Source: Myxococcota bacterium (GTDB taxonomy: Bacteria; Myxococcota; JACRCW01). Taken from it: a DNA stretch of 35,416 nucleotides. The stretch lies in the NCBI GenBank assembly GCA_040752415.1, contig JBFMGU010000105.1, positions 1 through 35,416 of the forward strand, in the 5' to 3' direction. The position numbers were made by a program, and so were the translations under genes. Shown here one piece after another: positions 18,217-27,772 of the stretch. Position 1 is the first letter of the stretch. Each line of letters starts with the position of its first letter. The notes below the pieces were generated by a model that saw nothing but the letters and a program-made list of their open reading frames with translations, did no database searches and was not told the origin of the DNA.

Positions 18217-19362
18217 TCACTCGAACGCGCGCGTACGGGAAGCCAGCTCGTCCACCGTTTCCGCGCTCGGCGCCCTCCCGCGCGTGACCTGGCGCTCCAA
18301 CCGGCGCACGTCGCGCAGCAGCGGGGCCAGCGTCTTGGCCAGGTCGGGGTCGGTGGCCTCGGAAAGGGCCTGCAGGTGGTCCCCCGCCGCCGTCAGCAGG
18401 AGCCCGGCCTCGCCCGCGTTCCCGGCCCGCAGCGCATCCGCCGCCGCACGCAATTCCAGGCGCACCGGCACCAGCGGCGCGGAGGCCTGCACCTGCGCCA
18501 TGGCCGCGGGAACCTCCTGGAGCAGGCGCAGCGCCAGACCCACGTCGCGGTTGCGCACCGACGCCCGCGCCGACTCCACGTGCGCCAGCGCCGTCTCCAC
18601 CGGCTCCAACGCCAGCTCCGCGGTCAACATCTGGCGCGCGTCCCTGAGGTTTGCCGCCGCGTCGGTCTGCTCTCCGTCCAGCAGCGCGCCCTGCGCCGCC
18701 TCCAGCTCCTCGACGACGCGCGGGTCCACCCGCACCGTCGCGTCCCGCAGCTCCTGGGCCAGGTTGCCCAGCTCGGTGGCAACGTCCGGCATGTCCTCCC
18801 GGGCGAGCGCGCGCACGCTCAACACATCCAGCCGCTCCAGGAACCCCGAGCCCATGCGCGCTTCATGGAGGTCCTGCAGGGCGAAGGAAGCCTCTCGCAA
18901 CAAGCGCTGGGCGCTCACCGCGTCCCCGTCCGCCAGCTGCACCGCAGCCTGGGCCACCAGGTCGGTCACGTTCTCCGCACCCTCGCCAGGCGCAACCACC
19001 AGCGTCTCCTCTTCCCACGCGTACGACGCGGCCACGGGAAGCGTGTGGTCGTAGACCTGGAGGTCGTCGTAGTAGCCCGCGCGCCCGAAGCCGCGGTGTC
19101 GACGAGGAACCAGCTCGGTGGGCTCCTCGGCGCCGGGGGCGGAGGCCGCAGGGCTGGGCGCGTCGGGACGCAACGGGTCCGCGGGGGAGCGCGCGAGGGG
19201 CACCGGCGCGTCCGATGCGGAGCCCACCGTCCCCCTGTCCGACGTCACGCTCCCGCCCACCGCTTTCTCCGTGCCTCCGGTTCGCGCTCGTGAAGTCTGG
19301 GCGCAGCCGCCCACCACCAGCAGCGCCACCACCGCCGATCCCAAGCAGAGCTCCCGTGCCAT
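18217..19362 (-). CDS. Alpha-helical lipoprotein, YfdX-like
   Basis: Lipobox-like VVGGC; GGAG before ATG 19362; repeated helical units of the form A..AL..G....A...L..A. Confidence 0.6.
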   Translation of the reverse strand: MARELCLGSAVVALLVVGGCAQTSRARTGGTEKAVGGSVTSDRGTVGSASDAPVPLARSPADPLRPDAPSPAASAPGAEEPTELVPRRHRGFGRAGYYDDLQVYDHTLPVAASYAWEEETLVVAPGEGAENVTDLVAQAAVQLADGDAVSAQRLLREASFALQDLHEARMGSGFLERLDVLSVRALAREDMPDVATELGNLAQELRDATVRVDPRVVEELEAAQGALLDGEQTDAAANLRDARQMLTAELALEPVETALAHVESARASVRNRDVGLALRLLQEVPAAMAQVQASAPLVPVRLELRAAADALRAGNAGEAGLLLTAAGDHLQALSEATDPDLAKTLAPLLRDVRRLERQVTRGRAPSAETVDELASRTRAFE

Positions 19363-19490
19363 GTGCCTTCTCCATCCCCCACACGGAGCTACCCCTCGGC
19401 ATCCGGGCGGCAAGGACGCTCCGCGACGCGTGTGCGCCAACGCATTCGTCGGCGCGGACGTGGCTCACACCCCGCTCTCCAACAGCGTCA

Positions 19491-19654
19491 TCGTCGCAGT
19501 GGGCCCCCTTTCCCCTCCCCCTCCCCCTCCCGGACGTGAGTGAACACGGGACGCGCGGTTCTCCCGCCGGAACGCGACAACCCAAGGTCCGCTGACGTTC
19601 CGGGATCGGATCGGAAGCGGGAGCGGGAGCGGGAAAAGCGGGCCACTGCGACGA
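19491..19654. repeat. Imperfect intergenic inverted repeat with short C-rich and G-rich tandem units
   Basis: TCGTCGCAGTGG (19491-19502) pairs with CCACTGCGACGA (19643-19654). Pairing continues inward through (CCCCCT)n versus (GGGAGC)n. Confidence 0.65.
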
Positions 19655-19797
19655 CGTCGTCATTGGCGTAGACGCGAGGTCGGGCCGTTCGCGCAACGTG
19701 TTTCGGCACCGCCCGTGGCCCCGGAATCGGGCGCCGGCCGTTGAGCAACCCACACCCACGGGACTAATCTCCTCCCGCATCACCGCCACAGGCCCTC

Positions 19798-20604
19798 ATG
19801 ACGACGACAACCACCGCTCCGGCCTGTCCCACCTGCTTCGGCAACCCCGCGCTGACGCCGGGCGGAATCGACAGCGCCTGGATCTGCGGGACCTGCGGCG
19901 GCGGGTTCCTCCCGCGGGAACAGTGCTACGCCGTCGTCGTGGAGCGCATGGGCGTGGGCGTGGCCGAGATTGGCCAGCTCCTGGCGCGCCCGGGTCCCCA
20001 GGTGCTGCGCTGTCCCGGGTGCGCCAGTGGCACCAGCGCCATCGTCGTGCGCGGGACGCCGGTGGACATGTGCTCGCGTTGTGGTGGCCTGTGGCTCATG
20101 CGCGGTCGCACCCTGGGTGCGGCACCGGCGCCTCGTCCCGCGGCCATCCCGACGTCACCCTCCGCACCCGCGCGCGTCCGCACCGTCTCCCAGCCCAACC
20201 TGAATCGCGTGGCCACCCGACCCGCCAAGGCCAGCAGCTCCTGGCGCGGGACCATCGTCGCGGTCTCGGTGATGGGGATCGTCGGGGCGGGAGCGTTCTG
20301 GACGCTGACGCGTCGGGACAAGGTCAAACAGGAAGCGGTGGTGGACCCTGACGCCGCGCTCAACCTCGGCTCGGATGCCTATGACGTCTACGAGCTGGGC
20401 GGACGGAACATGGTGTGGTGGCGCAAGTACCTCCAGGAGCTCCGTGGCGACGTCAGCGAGGCCGGCAAGCGTCGCTATGAGCTGGCGGTGCGCCGGGCGC
20501 GGGCGTTGCGGATGAACGTGACCGAGACCGCGGATTCCGTCGTGGTGCGGCCGTCCCGGGAGCTGGCGCGGGCCATCCTGCGTCGCCAGGGAGCCGAGCT
20601 GTGA
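19798..20604 (+). CDS. Double zinc-ribbon (zf-TFIIB-like) membrane protein
   Basis: CPTC/CGTC and CPGC/CSRCGGLW motifs, then a TM helix; the stop overlaps the next gene's GTG. Confidence 0.75.
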   Translation: MTTTTTAPACPTCFGNPALTPGGIDSAWICGTCGGGFLPREQCYAVVVERMGVGVAEIGQLLARPGPQVLRCPGCASGTSAIVVRGTPVDMCSRCGGLWLMRGRTLGAAPAPRPAAIPTSPSAPARVRTVSQPNLNRVATRPAKASSSWRGTIVAVSVMGIVGAGAFWTLTRRDKVKQEAVVDPDAALNLGSDAYDVYELGGRNMVWWRKYLQELRGDVSEAGKRRYELAVRRARALRMNVTETADSVVVRPSRELARAILRRQGAEL

Positions 20605-21899
20605 GCCGCACCTCGTCGGCGCTCGCCGTGTCCCTGGCCGCGCTGTGCTTCCTCGGCGCCAGCTCGCCCGGCCCGTTCCACGTCGAGACCACGCAGAAGT
20701 CCCCCGCCCATCCGCGCGTGATCCTGGCCCACCGCGCCACCCCCGACGCCACGCTCTCCATCATCTTCAACGCCGGGAGCCTGGATGACGGCGTGGCCAG
20801 CGGCATCACGCGCCTCAGCCAGCACATGCTCCTGGAGGCCAACGCCACCGCGGATTGTCGCCAGTTCCACCAGGACGTGTACGAGTCGGCGGCCACGCTT
20901 TCCGTCGAGACCACCACGCGCACGGCATCCTTCACCCTCACCGGGGACCGCGAGCACTTCCCCGCGCTGGCGCAGCGCCTGTTGCGGCTGGTGCTCAGTC
21001 CCAAGCTGGTGGCCAAGGGCCTGGGCCGCGCCAAGCGACTCACCCTCAACGACGAGCTGGTGGGCGGCTCCATGAATGACCTGCTGCGGTTCATCGCCGC
21101 CTCGGTGATCCTGGAGGGCGCGGAGGATGGCGCGGACTACGCGTCCTCTCCCTACGGTGATCCGCTGGTGGTGCGGGACCTCACGCTCGCCGACGTCACC
21201 AAGCACGTGGCCAAGCGCTTCTCTCCCGCCAACGCCACGGTGATTGCCACCGGCGCCTTCGACCGTGAGCTCATCGAGGGCACGGTGGCCACGCTCTCCG
21301 GTGGCAAGGCGCGCGGCGCGTTCAAGCGCTCCAACATCAAGCCCATGCTCCCCATGCGCTTTGACAAGATGATGCGCCGGGAGCTCCACATGCAGGTGCA
21401 GCTCATGGAGCTGGAGACGCCCCGCCAGGTGGCCGCGGCGCGCATCCTGGCGCCCCTGCTCAACGACCACATCATGTGGCGCCTGCGTGAGCAGGGCATC
21501 ACCTACTCCACCATGACCTTCCCGGCGGTGCAGGAGTGGCTGGACTTCGTGGTGATGGTGGTGCCGGTGGCCAACGCGCAGGACGTCCGCGTGGACAAGA
21601 TGCTCGCCGACTGGCTGGGGAAGATCCGTGAGGGATCGCTCGACGACGCGGAGTACGACGCCAGCCGCTCCTGGGCCATCTCCGAGATGCACCGCGCCGA
21701 CGGAGAGAGCGCGGCGCTGGCCGGGGAGCTCACCGTGGGCCTGGGACGCGTGCGTTGGTTCGAGCCCGCCGTGGAAGCCGAGCTGCGCACGCTGACCAAG
21801 GCGCAGTTCCTGGAGACGGTGAAGCCGTGGCTGGAGCCCAATTCCAGCATCACCTTCGTGTTCGGCCGACGTGACGCCTCGCCCGGGAGCAACCGATGA
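20601..21899 (+). CDS. M16 (insulinase) family protein, probably the non-catalytic subunit
   Basis: AGSLDD...GITRLSQHML replaces HXXEH; FSPANATVIATG motif; signal peptide. Confidence 0.8.
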   Translation: MSRTSSALAVSLAALCFLGASSPGPFHVETTQKSPAHPRVILAHRATPDATLSIIFNAGSLDDGVASGITRLSQHMLLEANATADCRQFHQDVYESAATLSVETTTRTASFTLTGDREHFPALAQRLLRLVLSPKLVAKGLGRAKRLTLNDELVGGSMNDLLRFIAASVILEGAEDGADYASSPYGDPLVVRDLTLADVTKHVAKRFSPANATVIATGAFDRELIEGTVATLSGGKARGAFKRSNIKPMLPMRFDKMMRRELHMQVQLMELETPRQVAAARILAPLLNDHIMWRLREQGITYSTMTFPAVQEWLDFVVMVVPVANAQDVRVDKMLADWLGKIREGSLDDAEYDASRSWAISEMHRADGESAALAGELTVGLGRVRWFEPAVEAELRTLTKAQFLETVKPWLEPNSSITFVFGRRDASPGSNR

Positions 21900-23167
21900 G
21901 CCTGCGCCACCGACGGGGAATCTTCCTGGGCCTGGCGCTGTTGGCCAGCGTCTCGGCGAGCGCCGCGCAGAAACACGCGGTCCTGGCCCTGGATGGCGAC
22001 GTCCCGCTGGTGCACGTGCCGGCGGAGCCGGGGAGCAGCATCTCGTCGTTCCGCTTCATCGTGCGCGCGGGCGGCTTCCAGGATCCGCCGGGCAAGGAGG
22101 GGCTCGCGCACCTGCTGGAGCACCTCATCTTCCACGGCAGCTATGAGATGCCCGGGGGCGAGCTGTGGCGCACCATGCGCGCACGCGGCGCGGTGGTCAA
22201 CGCGTTCACCTCGACGAGCGCCACCGTCTACACGCTGGACGCACCGCATGACGCGTTCCTGCCGCTGATGGAGCAGTACACCGCGCTCATCACCAACCCG
22301 GCGCTGCGGCTGGCCCAGGTGGAGCGGGAGCGCGACGTGGTGGCGGTGGAGCAGCGGGAGCGCAACCTGGTCTCCCTGCTGGAGATCATGGACGCGCACG
22401 TGTTCCAGGACCGCGTGGGTGAGCTGCTGATTGGCACCCGCGACACGCGCGCCACCATCACGCTGGAGGACATCATCGCCTTCTACCAGCGCTACTACAG
22501 CTCCTCGAACGTCTCGGTGGTGGTGGTCTCCCGCGCCTCCGGTGACGACGTGCGGGCCGCCCTCAACCGCTCCTTCCTGCTGCCGCCCGAGCCGCCGCGC
22601 GCGCCGGAGACCATGGACGCGGAGCCGTTGCTCCCGCTGGACCAGAAGACGCGCAGCTGGGTGACCGCCACGCTGTTCGGCTACCGCATGCCCGACGGGG
22701 AGATCGAAGCGTGCGAGGACATCGCCGCGCTGCTGGACCACCGCGTGCATCGGCGGCTGGTGATGGAGGATCCGGTGGCGTCGTTCACGCACGTGTTGTG
22801 TCGACGCACGCGGGGCCGCACCTTCCTCCTGGCCGTGGCCTTCACCGCCAACCTGCTCGGCAGCAACATCCCGGTGGACGCGGAGGAGATCTTCCGCCAT
22901 GCCGCCAGGAAGCCGCCCAGCGAGGCCGAGCTGCGCGTCATCCGCGCCCGCAACGCCAGTGAGCTTGCCGCGCTGCGTCGTCATTCCGACGCGCTGGCCA
23001 CGGTGTTGGCCTTGCGCGTGGCGGAGACGCCCGGCCCGCCCGACGCGGCCGCGAGCCAGGTGCTGCGTCCCCCCGCGCTGAACTGGGAGCGCATGCGCGC
23101 GGTGATGCAGCAGGCCTTCCAGGCCCAGAACCGCGTGGTGCTGCACTACTCGCCCTTCGAGGGGTGA
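21896..23167 (+). CDS. M16 family zinc peptidase, catalytic subunit
   Basis: GKEGLAHLLEHLIFHGS, NAFTS and ERERDVVAVE motifs; signal peptide; ATGA overlap. Confidence 0.9.
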   Translation: MSLRHRRGIFLGLALLASVSASAAQKHAVLALDGDVPLVHVPAEPGSSISSFRFIVRAGGFQDPPGKEGLAHLLEHLIFHGSYEMPGGELWRTMRARGAVVNAFTSTSATVYTLDAPHDAFLPLMEQYTALITNPALRLAQVERERDVVAVEQRERNLVSLLEIMDAHVFQDRVGELLIGTRDTRATITLEDIIAFYQRYYSSSNVSVVVVSRASGDDVRAALNRSFLLPPEPPRAPETMDAEPLLPLDQKTRSWVTATLFGYRMPDGEIEACEDIAALLDHRVHRRLVMEDPVASFTHVLCRRTRGRTFLLAVAFTANLLGSNIPVDAEEIFRHAARKPPSEAELRVIRARNASELAALRRHSDALATVLALRVAETPGPPDAAASQVLRPPALNWERMRAVMQQAFQAQNRVVLHYSPFEG

Positions 23168-23290
23168 CGCAGGAAGTGCCGGAACGGCGGACCCGCTCCG
23201 GTGGCGCGCTTGTGCCCGAGTCAAAGCGTGACGTTGGGATCCCCTCCTCACCCGGGCGCGTGGTAGGTTGCCCACCCCTTGGTTTCCCGC

Positions 23291-24511
23291 ATGCGTCCGT
23301 TCGCCCGTCCCGCCCTCGTGGCCCTCCTATCCCTCAGCCTCATGCCGGACGCGCGCGCGTTCGTGCACCTGGGTGGCCACTGGCCCACCGAGGATGGTCC
23401 CGTCGAGTACTACATCTCGCCGCAGGGCTCGGATGACATCGCGGATGACTCCGAGATCCAGGCGGTGAAGTACAGCTTCCGCTCCTGGGACTGCACCCAG
23501 TGCGACGACGGCAAGTACAACGCCATCCAGTTCGTCTACAAAGGTGAAGGCCCCAACGAGGCCGCCGACGACGACAAGAGCAGCGTCTTCTGGCTGGAGA
23601 CCGCCGAGGAGTGGCAGAGCCAGATTGGCGCGGACATCTCGAGCACCCTCGGCGTCACGCAGCACTACGAGGGCGGCGAGGGCGTCGCGTACGCGGAGTC
23701 GGACATTGCCTTCAACGGCACGCACACCTGGAGCACCGACGAGGGCGCCAGCGCCACCGACGTGGAGAGCGTCTCCCTGCATGAGACCGGGCACTTTGCC
23801 GGGCTGGGCCATCCCTGCACCGGCACCACCGAGGACACCTGCCTGCCCGTGGAGCAGGCCGTGATGTACCCCACCTATCCCGGCGGCCTCTACCGCACCG
23901 TCCTCTCCGACGACAAAGCCGGCATCTGCGCGCTCTACACGGGCCGCAAGGACGCGTGTGAAGGCAAGAAGCGCCTCAAGGAAGCCTGCGAGATGGACTG
24001 CGAGTGCGAGAGCGGCCTGTACTGCGTCCCCGACGGGGAGGCGCGCATGTGCTCCCGCCCCTGCACCACCTCCAACGCCTCCTGCCCCAAGGGCACCGGC
24101 TGCGTCATTGGCGCGGATGGCGACGGAGACCGCGGCTTCTGCCTGCGCGTGGGCACCGACAACAAGAAGCTGGACGGCATGGTGTGCAGCCGGGACGCGG
24201 AGTGCGCCGCGGGCGTGTGTCGTCGCAATACCGTGCTCAACAAGAACGTGTGCTTCACGGCGTGCAGCGCGGACACGGACTGCCAGCACGGCTTTGCCTG
24301 CCGCGGCGGCTCCTGCGTGCTGCCCAACGCCGGCTCCGGCGTCACCTGCCCCGACGAGAGCCCCGAGCCCGACCCGCTCTTCCCCCTGCCGCCGGGCTGC
24401 GGCGGGTGCCAGCAGTCCCCCGAGGGCAGCGTGTTGTGGGCGCTGGGTCTGGTCGCCCTGTGGCGCCGGCGCCGCGCGCAACCGACGTTCAACCGACCCC
24501 ATCACCCTTGA
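23291..24511 (+). CDS. Matrixin (M10-like metzincin) with Cys-rich repeats and a MYXO-CTERM-like tail
   Basis: Signal peptide; HETGHFAGLGH; AVMYP Met-turn; tail GCGGC...LWALGLVALWRRRR. Confidence 0.9.
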   Translation: MRPFARPALVALLSLSLMPDARAFVHLGGHWPTEDGPVEYYISPQGSDDIADDSEIQAVKYSFRSWDCTQCDDGKYNAIQFVYKGEGPNEAADDDKSSVFWLETAEEWQSQIGADISSTLGVTQHYEGGEGVAYAESDIAFNGTHTWSTDEGASATDVESVSLHETGHFAGLGHPCTGTTEDTCLPVEQAVMYPTYPGGLYRTVLSDDKAGICALYTGRKDACEGKKRLKEACEMDCECESGLYCVPDGEARMCSRPCTTSNASCPKGTGCVIGADGDGDRGFCLRVGTDNKKLDGMVCSRDAECAAGVCRRNTVLNKNVCFTACSADTDCQHGFACRGGSCVLPNAGSGVTCPDESPEPDPLFPLPPGCGGCQQSPEGSVLWALGLVALWRRRRAQPTFNRPHHP

Positions 24512-24588
24512 TGTTCCCATTCCGCCGGCGAGGATGGGCGTCTCTCGTCGTGCCAATTGATTCCCTGGCGTCCCAGTTGGAGGTTCCC

Positions 24589-25242
24589 ATGCGCAGTCTG
24601 TTGAAGAGAGGACACCTTGCCGCCGCCGCGGCGGTCCTGCTGCTGCTTCCCGCGGTGGCCCGCTCCACCGTGGTCATCCAGCCCTCGCTCGAGGAGATGA
24701 CGCAGAAGAGCAACGTCATCATCCACGCCGTGGTGGAGGAGCAGACCGTGACCCGTGGTGAGGAGGGCAAGCGCATCCTCACGCTGAGCCGCCTGCGCGT
24801 GACCGAGGGCCTCAAGGGCGCCAAGACCGGCGACACCATCACGCTCTACCAGGTGGGCGGCAGCGAGGGTGGTCGCGTGGCGCGCGTGGTGGGCATGAAC
24901 GACTTCAAGGTGGGTGAGGAGGTCATCCTGTTCGCCGCCACCTTCATTGCCACCGACACCATCCGCTTCCTGCAGGAGAACCGGAAGGCCGAGGTGCCCG
25001 CCGCCACGCTGCATCCCAGCGGCGGCTGGGTGGTGACCTACGGCATTGGCCTCGGGAAGTTCGCCGTGGTGCCCGGTCCCAACGGCTCCGGCCCCATGGC
25101 CGTGGAAGAGGTGGGTGACGTGGCGGTCGCGCGGCAGGTGCAGGGTCGCGTGATGGCCGGCACCCCGGTGGTCAACCGCCAGCCGCTGGACGCCTTCAAG
25201 GCGGAGGTCCGTCGCATGGCCAGCACCGGGAGGGCGCCATGA
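24589..25242 (+). CDS. Secreted hypothetical protein associated with matrixins
   Basis: GGAGG RBS before ATG 24589; signal peptide; SLEEMTQKS, VTEGLKG, VGG and FKVGEEVILF motifs; ATGA overlap with the next gene. Confidence 0.8.
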   Translation: MRSLLKRGHLAAAAAVLLLLPAVARSTVVIQPSLEEMTQKSNVIIHAVVEEQTVTRGEEGKRILTLSRLRVTEGLKGAKTGDTITLYQVGGSEGGRVARVVGMNDFKVGEEVILFAATFIATDTIRFLQENRKAEVPAATLHPSGGWVVTYGIGLGKFAVVPGPNGSGPMAVEEVGDVAVARQVQGRVMAGTPVVNRQPLDAFKAEVRRMASTGRAP

Positions 25243-27533
25243 GCCACCGTCTCCTCCTCGGCGGCGCCGCCCTGCTGGGCGCCCTCACGCTGGCCAGCCC
25301 GGCGCACGCCTTCCGCTACAACTGCAACTCCATCGACGCCAACGGCAACCAGGCCCAGTCCGACGGCTGCGCGTGCAACTCCGGCAACGCCGCGCGCTGG
25401 AGCACCGGCTTCATCGACTGGCGCATCAAGCGCGCCGGCACCAACCAGGTCAACAACAGCGCCTGGCTCACCGAGGCCACCGAGTGCCTGGCCGCCTGGA
25501 ACAACGTGGGCTGCAAGAACTTCCTGATGCGTGACATCGGCGACGTCACCAGCCCCGACTTCGGCACCAACGAGTCGCAGCACACGATCTGGTGGATCAG
25601 CAGCGCCAGCCAGTACCAGCAGGTGGTGGGCGGCGGCGTGGACTCCACGCTCGGCGTCACGCTGTCTCCCTACTACTTCGTCGGTGGCTGCCAGGGCCGT
25701 GACACGGTGGACTCCGACATCGTCATGAACAACGCCGGCGGAGCCACCTGGACCACCAACATGGCCAACTGCTCCGGCAACTGCGTCGACGTGGCCAGCA
25801 CCCTGGTGCATGAGCTGGGACACGCCTTTGGCCTGGGCCATCCCTGCACCGGCCTCTCCGGGGATTGCCCGGTGGGCGGCACCATCATGCAGGCGGTCAG
25901 CGGCTACCGCGAGGACATTGGCCAACCGCTGCAGGACGACATCAACGGCATCTGCGACCTCTACCCCGGCAACCCGCGCGGCCTGGGCGCGGTGTGCAAC
26001 GTGGCGGGCGACTGCGACAGCAACGTGTGCGTCGACGACAACGGCGTGAAGTACTGCAGCCAGTCGTGCACCGGGACGGACTGCCCCACCGGGTACGCGT
26101 GCCAGAACAACCAGTGTCGTCGTGCGCTGCCGCAGGTGGGTGAGACCTGCACCGGCAGCTGCGTGGACGGCGCGCTGTGCCTGCAGGACACCGAGACCAC
26201 GCGCCACTGCTACCAGCAGTGCACCCCCGGCAACGACGCCACCTGCGGCGCCAACCAGCGCTGCGCGGACCTGGGTCAGGGCGTGGGCGCCTGCGTGGAA
26301 GCGGGCACCCGTCAGCCCGGCGAGGAGTGCGGCGGCAACTTCGGGGACTGTCGCGCGGGCGCCACCTGCTACATCGTGGAGCAGGGCGCCACCACCGGCG
26401 TGTGCTTCCAGGACTGCACCGCGGACACCGAGTGCGCTTCCGACCAGCGCTGCGACACCAGCGGCGGCACCCCCGGCGTCTGCCTGGGCGCGCGCGCGGA
26501 GAACGCCGCCTGCGGCGACGACGGGTTTGACAGCCTGTGCGACGAGAACCTGATCTGCCTGTGCGACGACAGCCAGTGCGGCACCGCCCACTGCGTGCGC
26601 GACTGCACCGCGAACCAGTCCTCCTGCCTCAACGGCCAGCAGTGCGTGCTGCTCAGCGACAACCAGACGCGCGTGTGCGTCAACACCGCGGTGGAGGGAC
26701 AGAGCTGCAATTCCAGCGCGTGCGGCGCGGGCCTGCTGTGCATCGCCGACGCACCCAACAACGGCGCGCACTGCTACGTGGATTGCAGCCAGCAGCAGTG
26801 CCCGCAGGGCAAGTTCTGCAACACCTACGGCAGTGGCAATGACCAGGTCTCCATCTGCGAGACGGAGCAGGCGGGCACGTCGTCTTCAAGCGGCGGGTCC
26901 AGCGGGGCCAGCTCCGGCGGCGGGAGCACCTCCAGCGGCGGTTCCAGCGGCGGAAACACCTCCAGCGGCGGCTCTTCCGGCGGCGCCACCAGCTCCGGCG
27001 GCGGCAGCAGCTCCGGCGGGAACCCCAACGGCGCGGAGTTTGGTCAGCCCTGCGCGGAGGGCACCGACTGCAAGAGCGGGATGTGCCAGTCCACCAGCAA
27101 CATGGGCCGCATCTGCGTCAGCTCCTGCGACCCGCGCGTGGGCCACTACGACTGCAACAACGGCGCCGAGCGCGAGGGCTGCCGGCCCAACGACCCCAAC
27201 GATCTCAGCGCGGGCGGCACGTGCCTCCCCGGTGAGCAGACCGGCGACAAGGGCCTGGGCGAGGAGTGCTCCAGCGGCACGGAGTGCAAGTTCGGAATCT
27301 GCGAGACCGGCCAGTGCACGGTGTGGTGCAAGCCCGACGGGACCTGCGTGGGCAATGACTACACCTGCGACCGCACCGAGGTGTCCGACCCCGGCGTGTG
27401 CAAGCCCAGCGGTACGGGCGGCTCCGTGACGCCGTTCAAGTGCTCCTGCACCGAGCCCGGCACCCGCGTGAACCCCGCGGCCGGCGCGCTGCTCCTGCTG
27501 GGCCTGATGGCGGTTCGTCGTCGCCGCGCCTGA
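25239..27533 (+). CDS. Large matrixin with many Cys-rich repeats, a Gly/Ser linker and a MYXO-CTERM-like tail
   Basis: HELGHAFGLGH; TIM Met-turn; SSGG repeats at about 26880-27020; tail CSC...ALLLLGLMAVRRRRA. Confidence 0.9.
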   Translation: MSHRLLLGGAALLGALTLASPAHAFRYNCNSIDANGNQAQSDGCACNSGNAARWSTGFIDWRIKRAGTNQVNNSAWLTEATECLAAWNNVGCKNFLMRDIGDVTSPDFGTNESQHTIWWISSASQYQQVVGGGVDSTLGVTLSPYYFVGGCQGRDTVDSDIVMNNAGGATWTTNMANCSGNCVDVASTLVHELGHAFGLGHPCTGLSGDCPVGGTIMQAVSGYREDIGQPLQDDINGICDLYPGNPRGLGAVCNVAGDCDSNVCVDDNGVKYCSQSCTGTDCPTGYACQNNQCRRALPQVGETCTGSCVDGALCLQDTETTRHCYQQCTPGNDATCGANQRCADLGQGVGACVEAGTRQPGEECGGNFGDCRAGATCYIVEQGATTGVCFQDCTADTECASDQRCDTSGGTPGVCLGARAENAACGDDGFDSLCDENLICLCDDSQCGTAHCVRDCTANQSSCLNGQQCVLLSDNQTRVCVNTAVEGQSCNSSACGAGLLCIADAPNNGAHCYVDCSQQQCPQGKFCNTYGSGNDQVSICETEQAGTSSSSGGSSGASSGGGSTSSGGSSGGNTSSGGSSGGATSSGGGSSSGGNPNGAEFGQPCAEGTDCKSGMCQSTSNMGRICVSSCDPRVGHYDCNNGAEREGCRPNDPNDLSAGGTCLPGEQTGDKGLGEECSSGTECKFGICETGQCTVWCKPDGTCVGNDYTCDRTEVSDPGVCKPSGTGGSVTPFKCSCTEPGTRVNPAAGALLLLGLMAVRRRRA

Positions 27534-27772
27534 AGCGGCCCCCGGACGGCGCGGGAGCCCCCTCCTCCCCGCCGTCCTCTCCCCTCCCCCCATTTCGCCA
27601 GCTCCCGCGCACATCCCGGCGCCAACCGGGTGCGCTCCCCGTGCGCGGCGCAGGTCTTGCGTACCCGACCCGTTGGCGATCCCAAACGATCGGTCTACAA
27701 AAGCTACAGCTGGATTCAGGGTGTGCCGAAGGTGGACCTGACGGCCGCAGCACACCTTTTCGGGGGCAGCAC

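Noticed and set aside
24004..24588. Long N-terminal extension of the accessory ORF, and similar extensions of gltD, TylF, the kinase, phoB and the antitoxin
   Set aside because: They overlap upstream genes or promoters, and better starts with RBS or stop/start overlaps exist downstream.
26880..27020. SSGG-coding DNA repeats as a separate element
   Set aside because: Explained as an in-frame Gly/Ser linker of the matrixin.
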